From Thermoanaerobaculia bacterium (GTDB lineage: Bacteria; Acidobacteriota; Thermoanaerobaculia; Multivoradales; J023): 64,000 nucleotides of DNA. Location: positions 155,850 through 219,849 of the forward strand of contig JAUIJL010000006.1 in the NCBI GenBank assembly GCA_030431255.1. The letters run 5' to 3'. A program made the position numbers and the translations under genes. The notes below the pieces were generated by a model. That model was given only the letters and a program-made list of their open reading frames with translations. It was not told where the DNA came from and searched no databases. Positions 27,356 through 37,024 of this stretch are shown here, piece after piece. Positions within the stretch are counted from its first letter, which is position 1. Each line of letters opens with the position of its first letter.

Positions 27356-29419
27356 TCACGGGGCGGAACAATATTGAGCGAGCTGGTAATACCCCTCTTG
27401 CCAGTTGATAGGAGTCTCGGCGCACGCCGGCTGCTGAAGGGAAGCACAGGCCTCAACCATGGGATAAGCGCAGACGTTGTCGACGGTCGTATCCCAAGCA
27501 GGACACGGACAGTCGAGTCGGCCGCCCATCGCCGTCAACTGAGACGAGTCGAGAACGCAGCTATCGGTCGCACACGCCTTGTATGCGTCCCACGCCAGAC
27601 GTCGCTCAAGGTCAACATCGATGAGCCCCATGCGCCCGCCACCGTTCACGGAATCCTGCACGTAGTCGCTCCAAGCGAACCAGAAGGCGTGGGCGACTTC
27701 GTCCTCGCTGTATTGGCCGAATAGCGTATAAGCAGCCGACAGGTAGTCGGCCTGCACCGCCGCCGGATCGCCGAAACTCTGCAGGTCGACGAGTGGCACA
27801 CCAAACTCAGTAATCCACAGCGGCACCGGCCGGGACATCAGATTGAGCACGTCGTCGATCGCGCTCTCCATGGTCTGCCCCTGGGGATACGCAGGCACCC
27901 CGGCGAGTCTTTTCCCGTAAGGGTGTACTGCAACGCCGTCGTAGGCCAAGGTTGCGTCGGTTTCGAGCTCGAAGAGGATCTCGTCGAAATAGTCCAACCA
28001 ATTCTGCCCCGCCGGCCCGCTGAGAATTACCGGTTTCGAGCTGACCGTACGCAAAGCCGCAGAGCCCTGGCGGATCAAATCCGGGAAAGCGTTCGACGGG
28101 ACGTCGGTGAGATCGGGTTCGTTCCAGAGCTCGTAAGCATCGACGTAGTCATCGTAGGAATTAGCAAATGACAGCAGATTGTCGGCGAATTGATCTTGGT
28201 ACGCGTACCAAAAGCAATTGCCGGGAATCTGAAAGCGATCCGTCTCACATAAGGTATCGACGAAGGATTGCGAATTGAAGACGACGATCAGATTGATGTT
28301 GGCTTGATTCAACGCTTCGCCGAGGTTGCGGACCATCTCCCAGTTGCCCGCATAAACGATCGTCCGCACCCAGCGCACACCGAGCGCCTGCAGCTGCGCT
28401 ACGGTCGGCGCCGAAACTGGCGGACCGTTAGCGTTGATGGCCAGCCCAAAGCAATTCAGGTTACGTGGACCACCATCGGCGCATGGCGAGCCGCCGATCG
28501 CCTGCCAACCATCGGGATCGCAGCGATACTGCTGGTTGTCGCCGCCGCACACCGTGTAGCCACAATAGGTCGAGTCGGGGTTGATCGCGTTACCCCAGTA
28601 GTCCGAGCCGTTGGTGCAGCGGCAACTCGGCGAAGGGGTCGCGCACGGCGAGCCGCCGCGCGACTGCCAGCCGGAGGTCGTGCACTCGTAGATCTGATTG
28701 TCGGCTCCGCAGACGTCGAGCCCGCAATAGGTCGACGCGGGATCGATTGCATGACCCCAATAGTCGGTTCCACCAGTGCATGTGCAGCTTGTCGGAGAGC
28801 CCGCGCAGGGGCTGCCGCCGCGCGACGCCCAACCTGTCGAAGTGCACTCATAGTTCTGGTTGTCGCCGCCACACACCGTGTAGCCGCAGTACGTTGAGGC
28901 TGGATTGATCGCGTTACCCCAATAATCCGAGCCGCCAGAGCATGAGCAGGACGGTGAAGGCGGCGGTGTGGAGCCGCAGCCACTCGGAAAGGAGTCTTGA
29001 TAGTCGTAGTAGCCGCGCACCCAATCCGCGTCGCTATAAGACGCGTCGCCGTTCGGATCGCAATAACCACCGGGCCAAGTCATGCCACAGCCGGGGGTCG
29101 ATGGCGCATGGTGGCAGAAATTGTCGAAACCGGCCGCCGAGCTGCACGGGCAGCTCTCTGATGCGTTGCAGCCATTCGGATACTGGCCCCGATATTCGTT
29201 GTAGCCACGCACCCAATCAGCGTCGGTGTAAGACGCGTCACCGTTCGGGTCACAATAGCCGCCGGGCCAGGTCATGCTGCAGCCGGCAGTCGAGGGCGCA
29301 TGATGGCAGAAATTGTCAAAACCGGCCGCTGAGCTACACGGACAAACTGCGCCGGCCGTCGCGGGCAGCAGGAGGCAGGTGAAGGCAAGCACGGCGAGAG
29401 CTAAGATAAATCGATGCAT
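27356..29419 (-). CDS. Secreted GH5-family glycoside hydrolase with N-terminal tandem Cys-rich modules
   Basis: Signal peptide. 2 x ~70-aa module (CPCSSAAGFDNFCHHAPST.GC.MTWPGGYCDPNGDASY.DADWVRGY). 3 x ~50-aa module (C.C.GG.DYWG.AI.P.STYCG..VCG.DNQ.Y.C...GW...GGSPCA). Catalytic domain has ELWNEPDL (acid/base NEP) and LWITEFGVP (nucleophile TEFG), the GH5 hallmarks. Cys-rich C-tail. Confidence 0.7.
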   Translation of the reverse strand: MHRFILALAVLAFTCLLLPATAGAVCPCSSAAGFDNFCHHAPSTAGCSMTWPGGYCDPNGDASYTDADWVRGYNEYRGQYPNGCNASESCPCSSAAGFDNFCHHAPSTPGCGMTWPGGYCDPNGDASYSDADWVRGYYDYQDSFPSGCGSTPPPSPSCSCSGGSDYWGNAINPASTYCGYTVCGGDNQNYECTSTGWASRGGSPCAGSPTSCTCTGGTDYWGHAIDPASTYCGLDVCGADNQIYECTTSGWQSRGGSPCATPSPSCRCTNGSDYWGNAINPDSTYCGYTVCGGDNQQYRCDPDGWQAIGGSPCADGGPRNLNCFGLAINANGPPVSAPTVAQLQALGVRWVRTIVYAGNWEMVRNLGEALNQANINLIVVFNSQSFVDTLCETDRFQIPGNCFWYAYQDQFADNLLSFANSYDDYVDAYELWNEPDLTDVPSNAFPDLIRQGSAALRTVSSKPVILSGPAGQNWLDYFDEILFELETDATLAYDGVAVHPYGKRLAGVPAYPQGQTMESAIDDVLNLMSRPVPLWITEFGVPLVDLQSFGDPAAVQADYLSAAYTLFGQYSEDEVAHAFWFAWSDYVQDSVNGGGRMGLIDVDLERRLAWDAYKACATDSCVLDSSQLTAMGGRLDCPCPAWDTTVDNVCAYPMVEACASLQQPACAETPINWQEGYYQLAQYCSAP
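28460..29350 (-). repeat. Intragenic tandem DNA repeats encoding the Cys-rich modules of the GH5 protein
   Basis: Repeated protein modules listed above. Spurious antisense ORFs in this region translate to repetitive peptides. Confidence 0.6.
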
Positions 29420-29682
29420 TGTATTTCCTTGAGAACAGAGTAGACAGGTTTTCGGTAAGCGTACGCGTAAAAAGCATGTTTATTGACCAGTAATATCATC
29501 AGATGACCGCGAATAGATCAGCGACCTAGCTCAATCTGCACATTGTACTTAAAGAGAGACATATTTACAATTTTCGAAATAACGCCCTCAGTGAGTCCAG
29601 CAGACACGCTATGGGAGGCTCCGTCCAGGAGCCCGCCCCGCCGGCCCATAACGGGAAACCTGCGCAATACCCGCCGTAACAA

Positions 29683-29752
29683 AGTACCCGGCACCCACGA
29701 TGAAGGGCACCACGATGAAGTGCCTGGCACCGCGAAATGCCCGGCACCGCGA
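29683..29752 (+). repeat. GCCTGGCACC-core repeat cluster (3-4 copies) upstream of the transposase-like gene
   Basis: gtacccggcacc, gaagtgcctggcaccgcga, aatgcccggcaccgcga; same orientation as the other clusters. Confidence 0.65.
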
Positions 29753-29896
29753 GGTCTCCCGCCAGACCCCAAAAGACGCTCAGCGTCAAGTTTTTTGCCT
29801 CCACTGCAGAATTGGCGCTCTTTTTTCCGTCCTAGCTTCTAAGAAGCCCCGAAGTATGTCTTCTTCGGCCGCCAAACACTCTTAGGAGGCAAAACC

Positions 29897-30877
29897 ATGG
29901 GACGCGAGCCAAGATACGTTCCCCCCAACAGTCTGCAACACGTTACCGACGTCACTTTTCAGAATCGTCCACTTTTACGCCCGTCGAAGGAGGTCAACGA
30001 ACGCATTCTCGGCGTGATTGGGCGAGCGCAAAAGAAATACGAGATGACCATTTGCGGGATAGTCGTTTTATCCACCCACTGGCATTTTCTCCTTCGGCCC
30101 AAGGACGCCTTCCACCTGTCGTCCTTCATGTGCTTCGTTAAAACCAATGTTTCCAAGGAGATCGGCATACATCTTCTCGGCTGGAGAGGTTCCCTCTTCG
30201 GTGGTCGATACCACTCGTCGACTGTCTCTGACGAGGAGATCGCTCAAGTTGGCGTGCTTCGCTATCTCCTCGCTCATGGCCCAAAGGAGCTCTTGGTGGA
30301 TTCCGTCGCGGAGTGGCCCGGAGCCCATAGCGCCGTCCCCACCGTCAAGGGCCAATGCATGGTCGGTGAGTGGATCGATCGCACCTCGTCCTACAGCGCC
30401 CGATCCCGACGGGGCGGATTGATCGACCTGAACGCTTTTACGATCGAGGAGAAGGTTGTGATCTCGCCTCTCCCTTGCTGGGAGCACCTACCCGAGTCCC
30501 AGTGGCGCGGGGCGGTTGGGGCTTTGGTCGACGACATCAACCGTGAGGCTGCTGTGATCCGACGGGATCTCAAGAAAACCAGCCTGGGTGTCACCCGAAT
30601 CTTGGCCAACGATCCGGAGAAACGTCCGAATCACGTGGAAAAGTCTCCGAAACCTAGATTCCATGCCCGAGATCCGGCCGTCTATCGAGCAATGCTCAGC
30701 ATTTGGCGTGAGGTGATCCAAAGCTTTCGAGAGGCCTCGGAGAAGCTTCGCTCCGGGATCCGAAGCGTGGCATTCCCAGAGGGGACTTTCCCGCCTGGGT
30801 TACCGTTCGTACCCTTCAGCGAAGAGACCCTCTTGGGAACTGGGTTGGTCCTGAACCGAGGTCAACCGACCTGCTGA
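29897..30877 (+). CDS. IS200-like HuH/Y1 tyrosine transposase-like protein with ~150-aa C-terminal extension (RAYT-like)
   Basis: MTICGIVVLSTHWHFLL (HuH motif H-x-H + hydrophobics), KTNVSKEI, and WRGSLFGGRYHSSTV (catalytic Tyr region) are colinear with IS200 TnpA (DHVHLL ... WSRGYFVSTVG). The gene and its flanks are visibly AT-richer than the surrounding genome. Confidence 0.55.
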   Translation: MGREPRYVPPNSLQHVTDVTFQNRPLLRPSKEVNERILGVIGRAQKKYEMTICGIVVLSTHWHFLLRPKDAFHLSSFMCFVKTNVSKEIGIHLLGWRGSLFGGRYHSSTVSDEEIAQVGVLRYLLAHGPKELLVDSVAEWPGAHSAVPTVKGQCMVGEWIDRTSSYSARSRRGGLIDLNAFTIEEKVVISPLPCWEHLPESQWRGAVGALVDDINREAAVIRRDLKKTSLGVTRILANDPEKRPNHVEKSPKPRFHARDPAVYRAMLSIWREVIQSFREASEKLRSGIRSVAFPEGTFPPGLPFVPFSEETLLGTGLVLNRGQPTC

Positions 30878-31159
30878 AGCCAGGGTGTCGTCAGCTCTGC
30901 CGGAAGAGCCTCGAACCGGCCCCATTCCTCTTTGATTTCCGGGATCTCGTCCGACGATCTGTCGGACTAGGGAGAGGTACGCCTTGGAGCAGCACTCGCG
31001 ACCCCGACTCGCAGGACGAACGAGCCATCAGCACAGATTGGGCCATTCACCCGTAGATATGCCTGGCACCCTTTCGAGGCTGAGCGCACTTGTAGTGCCG
31101 ACTTTTTTGCTAAGTCATTGAAAACATTAGACCGGGCATCGTGAGCTGCGGAAGTTGGG

Positions 31160-31200
31160 CTAGGCACCGCCGTCAGCGAAATGCCCGGCACCTCTACGAA
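31160..31200 (+). repeat. GCCTGGCACC-core repeat copies (2) downstream of the transposase-like gene; a further single copy lies at ~31055-31071
   Basis: ctaggcaccgcc...gaaatgcccggcacctctacgaa; gatatgcctggcaccc at 31055. Confidence 0.55.
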
Positions 31201-31203
31201 AAG

Positions 31204-32367
31204 CTAAGCCTCCCGCAGCAGACCCGTGATCTCGCGAGTCGACACCGCGATCGCCGGTGCCAGGCCTCCCAGCACACCGGTGAGCACCGCCAAACCCACT
31301 CCCAAAAGCAGGACCGGTGCCGTCAAAGTCAGCTCAAAGGTGATCTCACTAAAAGTGATGAAATTCGTCGTGCCGGCCGAAATCCCATTGAGCGGCAACG
31401 ACAACACCACCCCCAGCAAACCACCGAAGAAACCCAGAATGGCCGACTCCAGCAAAACCGCCGTGAACGTGTGGCTGCGACGAAAGCCGATCGCCCGCAA
31501 GGTCCCGAGCTCCCGGCTGCGGTTGGAGATTTGGGAATACATGGTGTTGGCGGCGGCAAAGCACGCGCCAAAGCCCATGAGCACCGCCATCAGGGTTCCC
31601 AATATCTCGAACATCGCGGTGTTGGCGCTGGTCTGCTCTTCGTAATACTGCACCTCGGGCAACACCTTCGTCCGCCATCGCTGATCCCCTTCGATGGTGG
31701 CCACCAGCTGATCGGCGCTTTCCTTCGACGAGGTGCGCAACCGGATGGAGGACACCGCGTTCGACCGATTGAACGCGTTGCCGATGTCTTCGATGGCCCC
31801 CAGCACCTCCGACTCAGCGCCCCCGCCCCCGGCGGTAAACACGCCGACGACCTGAAAATCGATTCGCCCAAAGCGGACACTCTGGCCGATGGACAGATCC
31901 GGGAATCGCCCGGCCAGGTTGTCGCCGACGATGATCTCCCCCTTGCCGGGCTCGAAATCACGCCCTTCGACGATCTCGAACCCGGGCCGCACGTCTCGGG
32001 TCGTCGGCATGATGCCGCGCACCGTGACGTTGGACTCACTGCCGTCGGTGCGAGAAAAGATTTGCAGCACCACCAGCTCACCGGAGGCCAGGGAGCCCGA
32101 CGGTCCCTGCTCGACCCCCGGCAACGCCGCGATATCGCGGAACACATCCATGGAGAAGCCGCTTTCGGTCTCGCTACGAGCACCGTCGCGCAGGACGATC
32201 AAATTGTCGGGGTCGCCGGTGGCGGAGAAGGCTTTTTCGAGACCCGCGGCCAGGGAGAACACCCCGATGAAAACGATCACCACAAAGGCGATCGACAACA
32301 TGGTCATGAAGGTCGTGGCCTTGCGCACGAAGAGGCTTCGCAGGTTGTATTTGAATGGAATCTTCAT
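31204..32367 (-). CDS. ABC transporter permease, FtsX/MacB-like (4 TM with large periplasmic domain)
   Basis: N-terminal TM (TFMTMLSIAFVVIVFIGVF), a ~220-aa periplasmic domain, and three C-terminal TM helices with the typical FtsX C-terminus ...GLAPAIAVSTREITGLLREA. Confidence 0.8.
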   Translation of the reverse strand: MKIPFKYNLRSLFVRKATTFMTMLSIAFVVIVFIGVFSLAAGLEKAFSATGDPDNLIVLRDGARSETESGFSMDVFRDIAALPGVEQGPSGSLASGELVVLQIFSRTDGSESNVTVRGIMPTTRDVRPGFEIVEGRDFEPGKGEIIVGDNLAGRFPDLSIGQSVRFGRIDFQVVGVFTAGGGGAESEVLGAIEDIGNAFNRSNAVSSIRLRTSSKESADQLVATIEGDQRWRTKVLPEVQYYEEQTSANTAMFEILGTLMAVLMGFGACFAAANTMYSQISNRSRELGTLRAIGFRRSHTFTAVLLESAILGFFGGLLGVVLSLPLNGISAGTTNFITFSEITFELTLTAPVLLLGVGLAVLTGVLGGLAPAIAVSTREITGLLREA

Positions 32368-32383
32368 CGTTTGCTCCTCGGCA

Positions 32384-33532
32384 TTACGCCACTTTGCGAA
32401 GACCTTCGACGATATCGATGCGGGCCGCCGACCATGCCGGAAAGACGCCGGAGACGAATCCGATGCTCAAACCGATGAATAGGGAGAGCCCGAGCATGCC
32501 CGGCGTGGGCTGCATGGCGCTCAAGGCGGGGAAGAAGCCCTCTGCGGCCTTGGCGGCGAAGCCGATCAATCCACTGGCACCGGCGGCCCCGATCACCGCT
32601 CCCAGCACGCCTACCAACAGGCTTTCAGCCAGCACCAGCGTGGTGACCTGACCGCGCTGGAAGCCGAGCGTTCTCAGCACAGCCACTTCCCGCACCCGGT
32701 CCCGGGCTGCCATCGCCATGGTGTTGGCGGTGATGAACAGAATCGAGATCACAATCGCCAAGCCGATCGAGGAGAAAAGCAGACGGATATTGCCCATCAT
32801 CTCCAAAAACGACAGGGCGAACGCCTCCTCGGTCTCCGCTCGAACCGGCGCCGCAGAGCTCTCGTACATGGCCTCGACGGTTTTCACCACCGCGGGCACA
32901 TGCTCCGGCGAGTCGAGCTTGAGCCAATAGGTGCCGACAATGCCCGGGTTGCTCATGGCTTCTTCCACGTACCGACGATGGAAGAAGATCTGCTTCTCTT
33001 GGGCCAAAGCGTCCGGTTGCTCGAAGATGCCCCGCAGGGTCAGCTCCAGGTCCAGCGGGTAGATATCACCCTTGATCGTGATCACATCCCCCAGCTCCCA
33101 ACCCTGTTTCTCCGCCAGGGACTTGCCGGCGATAAAACCAGAGCGGTCCGCCTCAAAAGCCCTTTGTTGCTCCTCACCCACCCTATACTCGGGAAAGACG
33201 TCGAAGAGGGTCTCCGGCTCGGCCCCGAAACGCGGGAAGAAATTCTCCGGCCGTTGATCTTTGTAGGTGCCGCCGAACCAATTCAGAATGGTCACTCCTT
33301 CCACGTGATCCACCGTTTTCAACCGCTTCTCGTAGGCTTCCGGCAGCTGGAAGGTCAGCGATACGGCGTGGCGGACCACCACCCGGCTATCCGACGAGCC
33401 TTGGGCGGACTCCATGGCGTCGAGCACCGCCCCGAGGAAGGTCAGAATGAAAAGGGCCAAACCGACACTGGCCAGGGTCAGGAATGTTCGGGTTTTGTTG
33501 CGCAGCAAATTGCGCCAGATGAGCTTGAGCAT
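32384..33532 (-). CDS. ABC transporter permease, FtsX/MacB-like (second paralog)
   Basis: [32 protein letters not shown]... has the same FtsX architecture. C-terminus ...[17 protein letters not shown]. Confidence 0.8.
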   Translation of the reverse strand: MLKLIWRNLLRNKTRTFLTLASVGLALFILTFLGAVLDAMESAQGSSDSRVVVRHAVSLTFQLPEAYEKRLKTVDHVEGVTILNWFGGTYKDQRPENFFPRFGAEPETLFDVFPEYRVGEEQQRAFEADRSGFIAGKSLAEKQGWELGDVITIKGDIYPLDLELTLRGIFEQPDALAQEKQIFFHRRYVEEAMSNPGIVGTYWLKLDSPEHVPAVVKTVEAMYESSAAPVRAETEEAFALSFLEMMGNIRLLFSSIGLAIVISILFITANTMAMAARDRVREVAVLRTLGFQRGQVTTLVLAESLLVGVLGAVIGAAGASGLIGFAAKAAEGFFPALSAMQPTPGMLGLSLFIGLSIGFVSGVFPAWSAARIDIVEGLRKVA

Positions 33533-33542
33533 CTCGACCTCC

Positions 33543-34235
33543 TCACGCCGCCTCGGCGCCTACCAGCAGACCTTTTTCCAACCGAACCAAACGCTTGGCA
33601 CGACGGGCGGCCCCCGGATCGTGGGTCACCATCACGATGGTCTTGCCGAAATCTTCGTTGAGCTGCTGCAAGAGATCGAGGATCTCGCCGGCGCTCTCGC
33701 TGTCGAGGTCACCGGTCGGCTCGTCGGCGAGCAGCAAGGCGGGATCGGTCACGATCGAGCGGGCAATGGCCACCCGCTGCTCCTGGCCGCCCGAGAGCTG
33801 ACGGGGGTAGTGGTCCATGCGATCCGCCAGCCCCACCACCTGCAAGGCCGTCTCCACTTTCTGTCGCCGCTTGGCCTTGCTCAGCCGGGTCAGCGTCAGC
33901 GGCAGCTCGACATTCTCGAAGGCGGTCAGCACCGGCAACAAATTGTAGAACTGAAAGATGAAGCCGATGTGCCGGTGACGCCACCGGGCCAGCTTGCTGT
34001 CGCTGAGCTTCGACATATCGCTGCCACCGACCACGATCTTGCCGGCGGTGGGTTTATCGATCCCGGCCAGGAGATTGAGCAAGGTGCTCTTGCCGGACCC
34101 GGAGGGGCCCATCAGGGCCACGTACTCACCGGAGTGAATCTCCAAATCGATACCTTGAAGCACCTGAACCTCAAAGCTCTCCTTCTTATAAGTTTTCTCA
34201 AGGCCCGAAACCTCGACAATCACTTGCTGAGACAT
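33543..34235 (-). CDS. ABC transporter ATP-binding protein (MacB/LolD-type ATPase)
   Basis: Walker [10 protein letters not shown], signature [14 protein letters not shown], Walker [14 protein letters not shown]-loop VMVTHD. Start at ATG 34235 (MSQQVIVEV). Confidence 0.85.
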   Translation of the reverse strand: MSQQVIVEVSGLEKTYKKESFEVQVLQGIDLEIHSGEYVALMGPSGSGKSTLLNLLAGIDKPTAGKIVVGGSDMSKLSDSKLARWRHRHIGFIFQFYNLLPVLTAFENVELPLTLTRLSKAKRRQKVETALQVVGLADRMDHYPRQLSGGQEQRVAIARSIVTDPALLLADEPTGDLDSESAGEILDLLQQLNEDFGKTIVMVTHDPGAARRAKRLVRLEKGLLVGAEAA

Positions 34236-34303
34236 GCTCGTATCTCCCCTATCGCCTGATGATCGGCTTCCGCCGCTGATTGCTCTCTCCAATCCGTAAA
34301 TCT

Positions 34304-35530
34304 CTAGTCGCCGGCTTCCTTGACCTGCTGTCCGTCTTTGAGATCCGCGACCTCAGAGACCACCACTCGATCTCCGGCCTTCAAACCCGACAGCACGACC
34401 CGCTCGTTGCCTTCGCTTTGCCCGAGCTCCACGGCACGCAGCTCGAGGACGTTCTTGCCGAGCACGAACACCCGATTCTCCCCACCACGCTTGAAGACCG
34501 CGCCGGACGGCACGTAGAGCACCGGCTCGGCTTCCAAGGTTTCCGCCACGGTGCCCTCTTCGAGAAAGGTCACTGTACAGCTCATATCCGGCACCAGCCG
34601 CTCGTCGCGATCATCGATCGTGACCTTGACCTGAACCACCGCACGCTGCCGATCCGCGGTCGGAACGATTTGCCGCAGCCGCCCCCGATAGGCCTTGTCC
34701 GGCACCGCGTCGACCTTGATCGACACCGGTTGCTCGCGCCGCAAGCGGGCGATATAGCTCTCGTTGATGTCCGCTTCTATCTCCAGGGACGTCGGGTCCG
34801 CCATGCGCAGGATGGCGCCGGTGGACTGCTGGGAGGTGAAGCCGCCCGGGGCGACCATTTCGCCCACCTCGACGTTTTTCTCGATCACCACACCGTCGAT
34901 CGGCGCGTAGACCCTGGCGTATGCCAGCTGGGCCTCGGCCGATTCGAGCCGCGCCTTCGCCAGCTCTACTTGAGCAGCCACCACATCGGTTCGAGTGGAC
35001 GCGGCGTCCAGCTCCGCTTGCGCCGAAACCCCCGCCTCGACCAGGCGGGTCAACCGAGCTTGCTCGCGTTTCGCATCCGCCAGCTGAGCCTCAGCTTCCA
35101 AGATAGCGGCCTCGGCTTGTGCCCTCGATGCTTCCAAATCGTCACTGTCCAGAACGGCGATCAGGTCTCCCTCTTGGAGGGTATCCCCTTCATCAACGTC
35201 GATCTGCAGAATGCGACCGACGATCTTGGCCCCCACTGCCGCCCGCTTTCTGGCATAGGTATAGCCCGTGGCGGTGAGCACCGTGGACTTTTGGGTCGGG
35301 GTCTCCATGCGCACCGACGCCGTTTCCACCTTCGGCAGGAGAAAAGAAAGCGGCACGTAAGCCCAGGCCCCGTAGCCCGCGGCGACCAATAGGGCCAAGC
35401 CCAACAACCAACCCAACCAACCCGCGCTCCTGCGTTCTTCGAGCTCTTCCGGATCCATCCTCAAGACGGAGAGATCCGGCCTACCGGAACGATCGTCACT
35501 ATCTGCCATAGGAAGTGGTTCCTTATTCAA
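34304..35530 (-). CDS. Periplasmic adaptor / membrane fusion protein (HlyD/MacA/DevB family)
   Basis: N-terminal TM, then a coiled-coil (ASRAQAEAAILEAEAQLADAKREQARLTRL), lipoyl and beta-barrel segments typical of MFPs. First gene of an MFP-ATPase-permease-permease operon. Confidence 0.75.
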   Translation of the reverse strand: MNKEPLPMADSDDRSGRPDLSVLRMDPEELEERRSAGWLGWLLGLALLVAAGYGAWAYVPLSFLLPKVETASVRMETPTQKSTVLTATGYTYARKRAAVGAKIVGRILQIDVDEGDTLQEGDLIAVLDSDDLEASRAQAEAAILEAEAQLADAKREQARLTRLVEAGVSAQAELDAASTRTDVVAAQVELAKARLESAEAQLAYARVYAPIDGVVIEKNVEVGEMVAPGGFTSQQSTGAILRMADPTSLEIEADINESYIARLRREQPVSIKVDAVPDKAYRGRLRQIVPTADRQRAVVQVKVTIDDRDERLVPDMSCTVTFLEEGTVAETLEAEPVLYVPSGAVFKRGGENRVFVLGKNVLELRAVELGQSEGNERVVLSGLKAGDRVVVSEVADLKDGQQVKEAGD

Positions 35531-35755
35531 AAGCTCACATTCAACCCACGCCCAAAGAGGGGGCGCGTTGTATTCATGGGTCTTACGCTCAGCGGTGAGC
35601 CGTGTTCATGCCGTTCGGTGAACGGAGGTTGTGCCTCGGTGAACGACGCTGCTAGCCGGAAATCTCCGGGCAGGGACAGGTAGATACTGGTCTGGATGCT
35701 ATCCGATTCGCCAAGTCGACAGACGCGGAAGGAGGGCGGGCCCGACGATAAGGGC

Positions 35756-36466
35756 TCAGACGCCGCGGGTTTCCGGGCTCCAGATCAGCTTGTGCATCTG
35801 GAGCTGCAGCCGCATGGGAAACCGATCTCGCAGGATCCAGCCTGCCAAGGCTTCCAAGTCCACCGTGCCGTGGACCGGCGAAATATGAACCGGGCAGATC
35901 TCGCCCAGCTTGCGATCCCGAACCAGGCCGGCGGCCCATCGGTAGTCGTTCTCGTCAGCGATGACGAATTTAAGCTCGTCGGTGGCCCGCAAGACGTCCA
36001 GATTCGGCCAGTGGTTGGCCTCGGACTCGCCGCTGGCGGGGCATTTGACGTCGAGGATTCGGCGCACCCGCGGGTCGACGCGGGAGATGTCGACCCCGCC
36101 TCCGGTTTCCACCAACACCTCATAACCCGCGTCGCAGAGCTCGGTCAGCAGGGGAAAGGCTCCGGGTTGAAGCAACGGCTCGCCGCCGGTCAGCTCCACC
36201 AGCGGACAGCCGTGGTCGGCCACTTGCTCGAGGATTTGATCCCGGGTCATCCAAGAGCCTTCGTAGAAGGCGTATTCGGTATCGCACCAGGTGCAGCGCA
36301 TCTGGCAGCCGGTCAGCCGCACCAGCACGCACGGGCGACCGGCGAAAGTGCTCTCACCCTGGATGGAGTAGAAGATCTCGTGGACCTTGAGGCGATCCTC
36401 CACCGGCAAGGCGGCGACCGGGTCCACCGGCCGCTTGTCGGAAGAGCGTTCGTCGGAAGAGATCAT
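35756..36466 (-). CDS. queE: 7-carboxy-7-deazaguanine synthase QueE (radical SAM)
   Basis: LTGCQMRCTWCDTEYAF matches the QueE CxxxCxxC cluster motif (E. coli TGCNLRCTWCDTPY). About 236 aa. Confidence 0.85.
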   Translation of the reverse strand: MISSDERSSDKRPVDPVAALPVEDRLKVHEIFYSIQGESTFAGRPCVLVRLTGCQMRCTWCDTEYAFYEGSWMTRDQILEQVADHGCPLVELTGGEPLLQPGAFPLLTELCDAGYEVLVETGGGVDISRVDPRVRRILDVKCPASGESEANHWPNLDVLRATDELKFVIADENDYRWAAGLVRDRKLGEICPVHISPVHGTVDLEALAGWILRDRFPMRLQLQMHKLIWSPETRGV

Positions 36467-36503
36467 GTCCTGCTCCGCTGGGAGGCGCGGTCCGTGAGTG
36501 CGA

Positions 36504-36890
36504 TCAAGCTTCGTAGATCGCGCAACAGCTGTCGTTTTCCCACAGCTCCACTTTGGCGATTTCTACCCGACCGGCCGCGGTCTCGTCTTTTGCCAGCCGC
36601 TGGGCGACCTCGGTGAAGATGTACTCGGATAGGTTTTCCGCGGTGGGATTGCGCTCGTCGAAAGGTGGCAGGTCATTGATGACCCGGTGGTCGAACGGCC
36701 CGACCACCTCGTTCATCAGAACCTTCAAACGCGCGAAGTCAAAGACCATGCCGAGCTCATCGAGGGTCTCCGAGCGTAAAAACACCCTCGTCCGGTAGTT
36801 GTGACCGTGTAGATTGCGGCATTTTCCGGGATGGTCGGGAATGTGATGTCCCGCGGCGAATTCGAATTCTTTGAATATGGTGTAAGGCAC
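36504..36890 (-). CDS. queD: 6-carboxy-5,6,7,8-tetrahydropterin synthase QueD
   Basis: TIFKEFEFAAGHHIPDHPGKCRNLHGHNY matches the QueD/PTPS motif (C..HGH). ORF extends to a TTG at 36926. A GTG at 36888-36890 preceded by GGGGG gives a 128-aa product close to E. coli QueD length. Start uncertain. Confidence 0.8.
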   Translation of the reverse strand: MPYTIFKEFEFAAGHHIPDHPGKCRNLHGHNYRTRVFLRSETLDELGMVFDFARLKVLMNEVVGPFDHRVINDLPPFDERNPTAENLSEYIFTEVAQRLAKDETAAGRVEIAKVELWENDSCCAIYEA

Positions 36891-37024
36891 CCTAGGGCCC
36901 CCATGAGCTTTTTTCACTGGAAGCAATCCATTCGGACCTACCGCCCGAACAAATATCTGCGACGCCGGTGACCTCGCGGGTCACCGCACGAAGCGAACAC
37001 GAGACTCTTCAGGATTCTCTCCTC

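Noticed and set aside
28460-29350. CRISPR-like regular repeats
   Set aside because: The periodicity comes from in-frame protein module duplications (150-210 bp units) inside a GH5 gene. There are no short conserved repeats with unique spacers and no cas genes.
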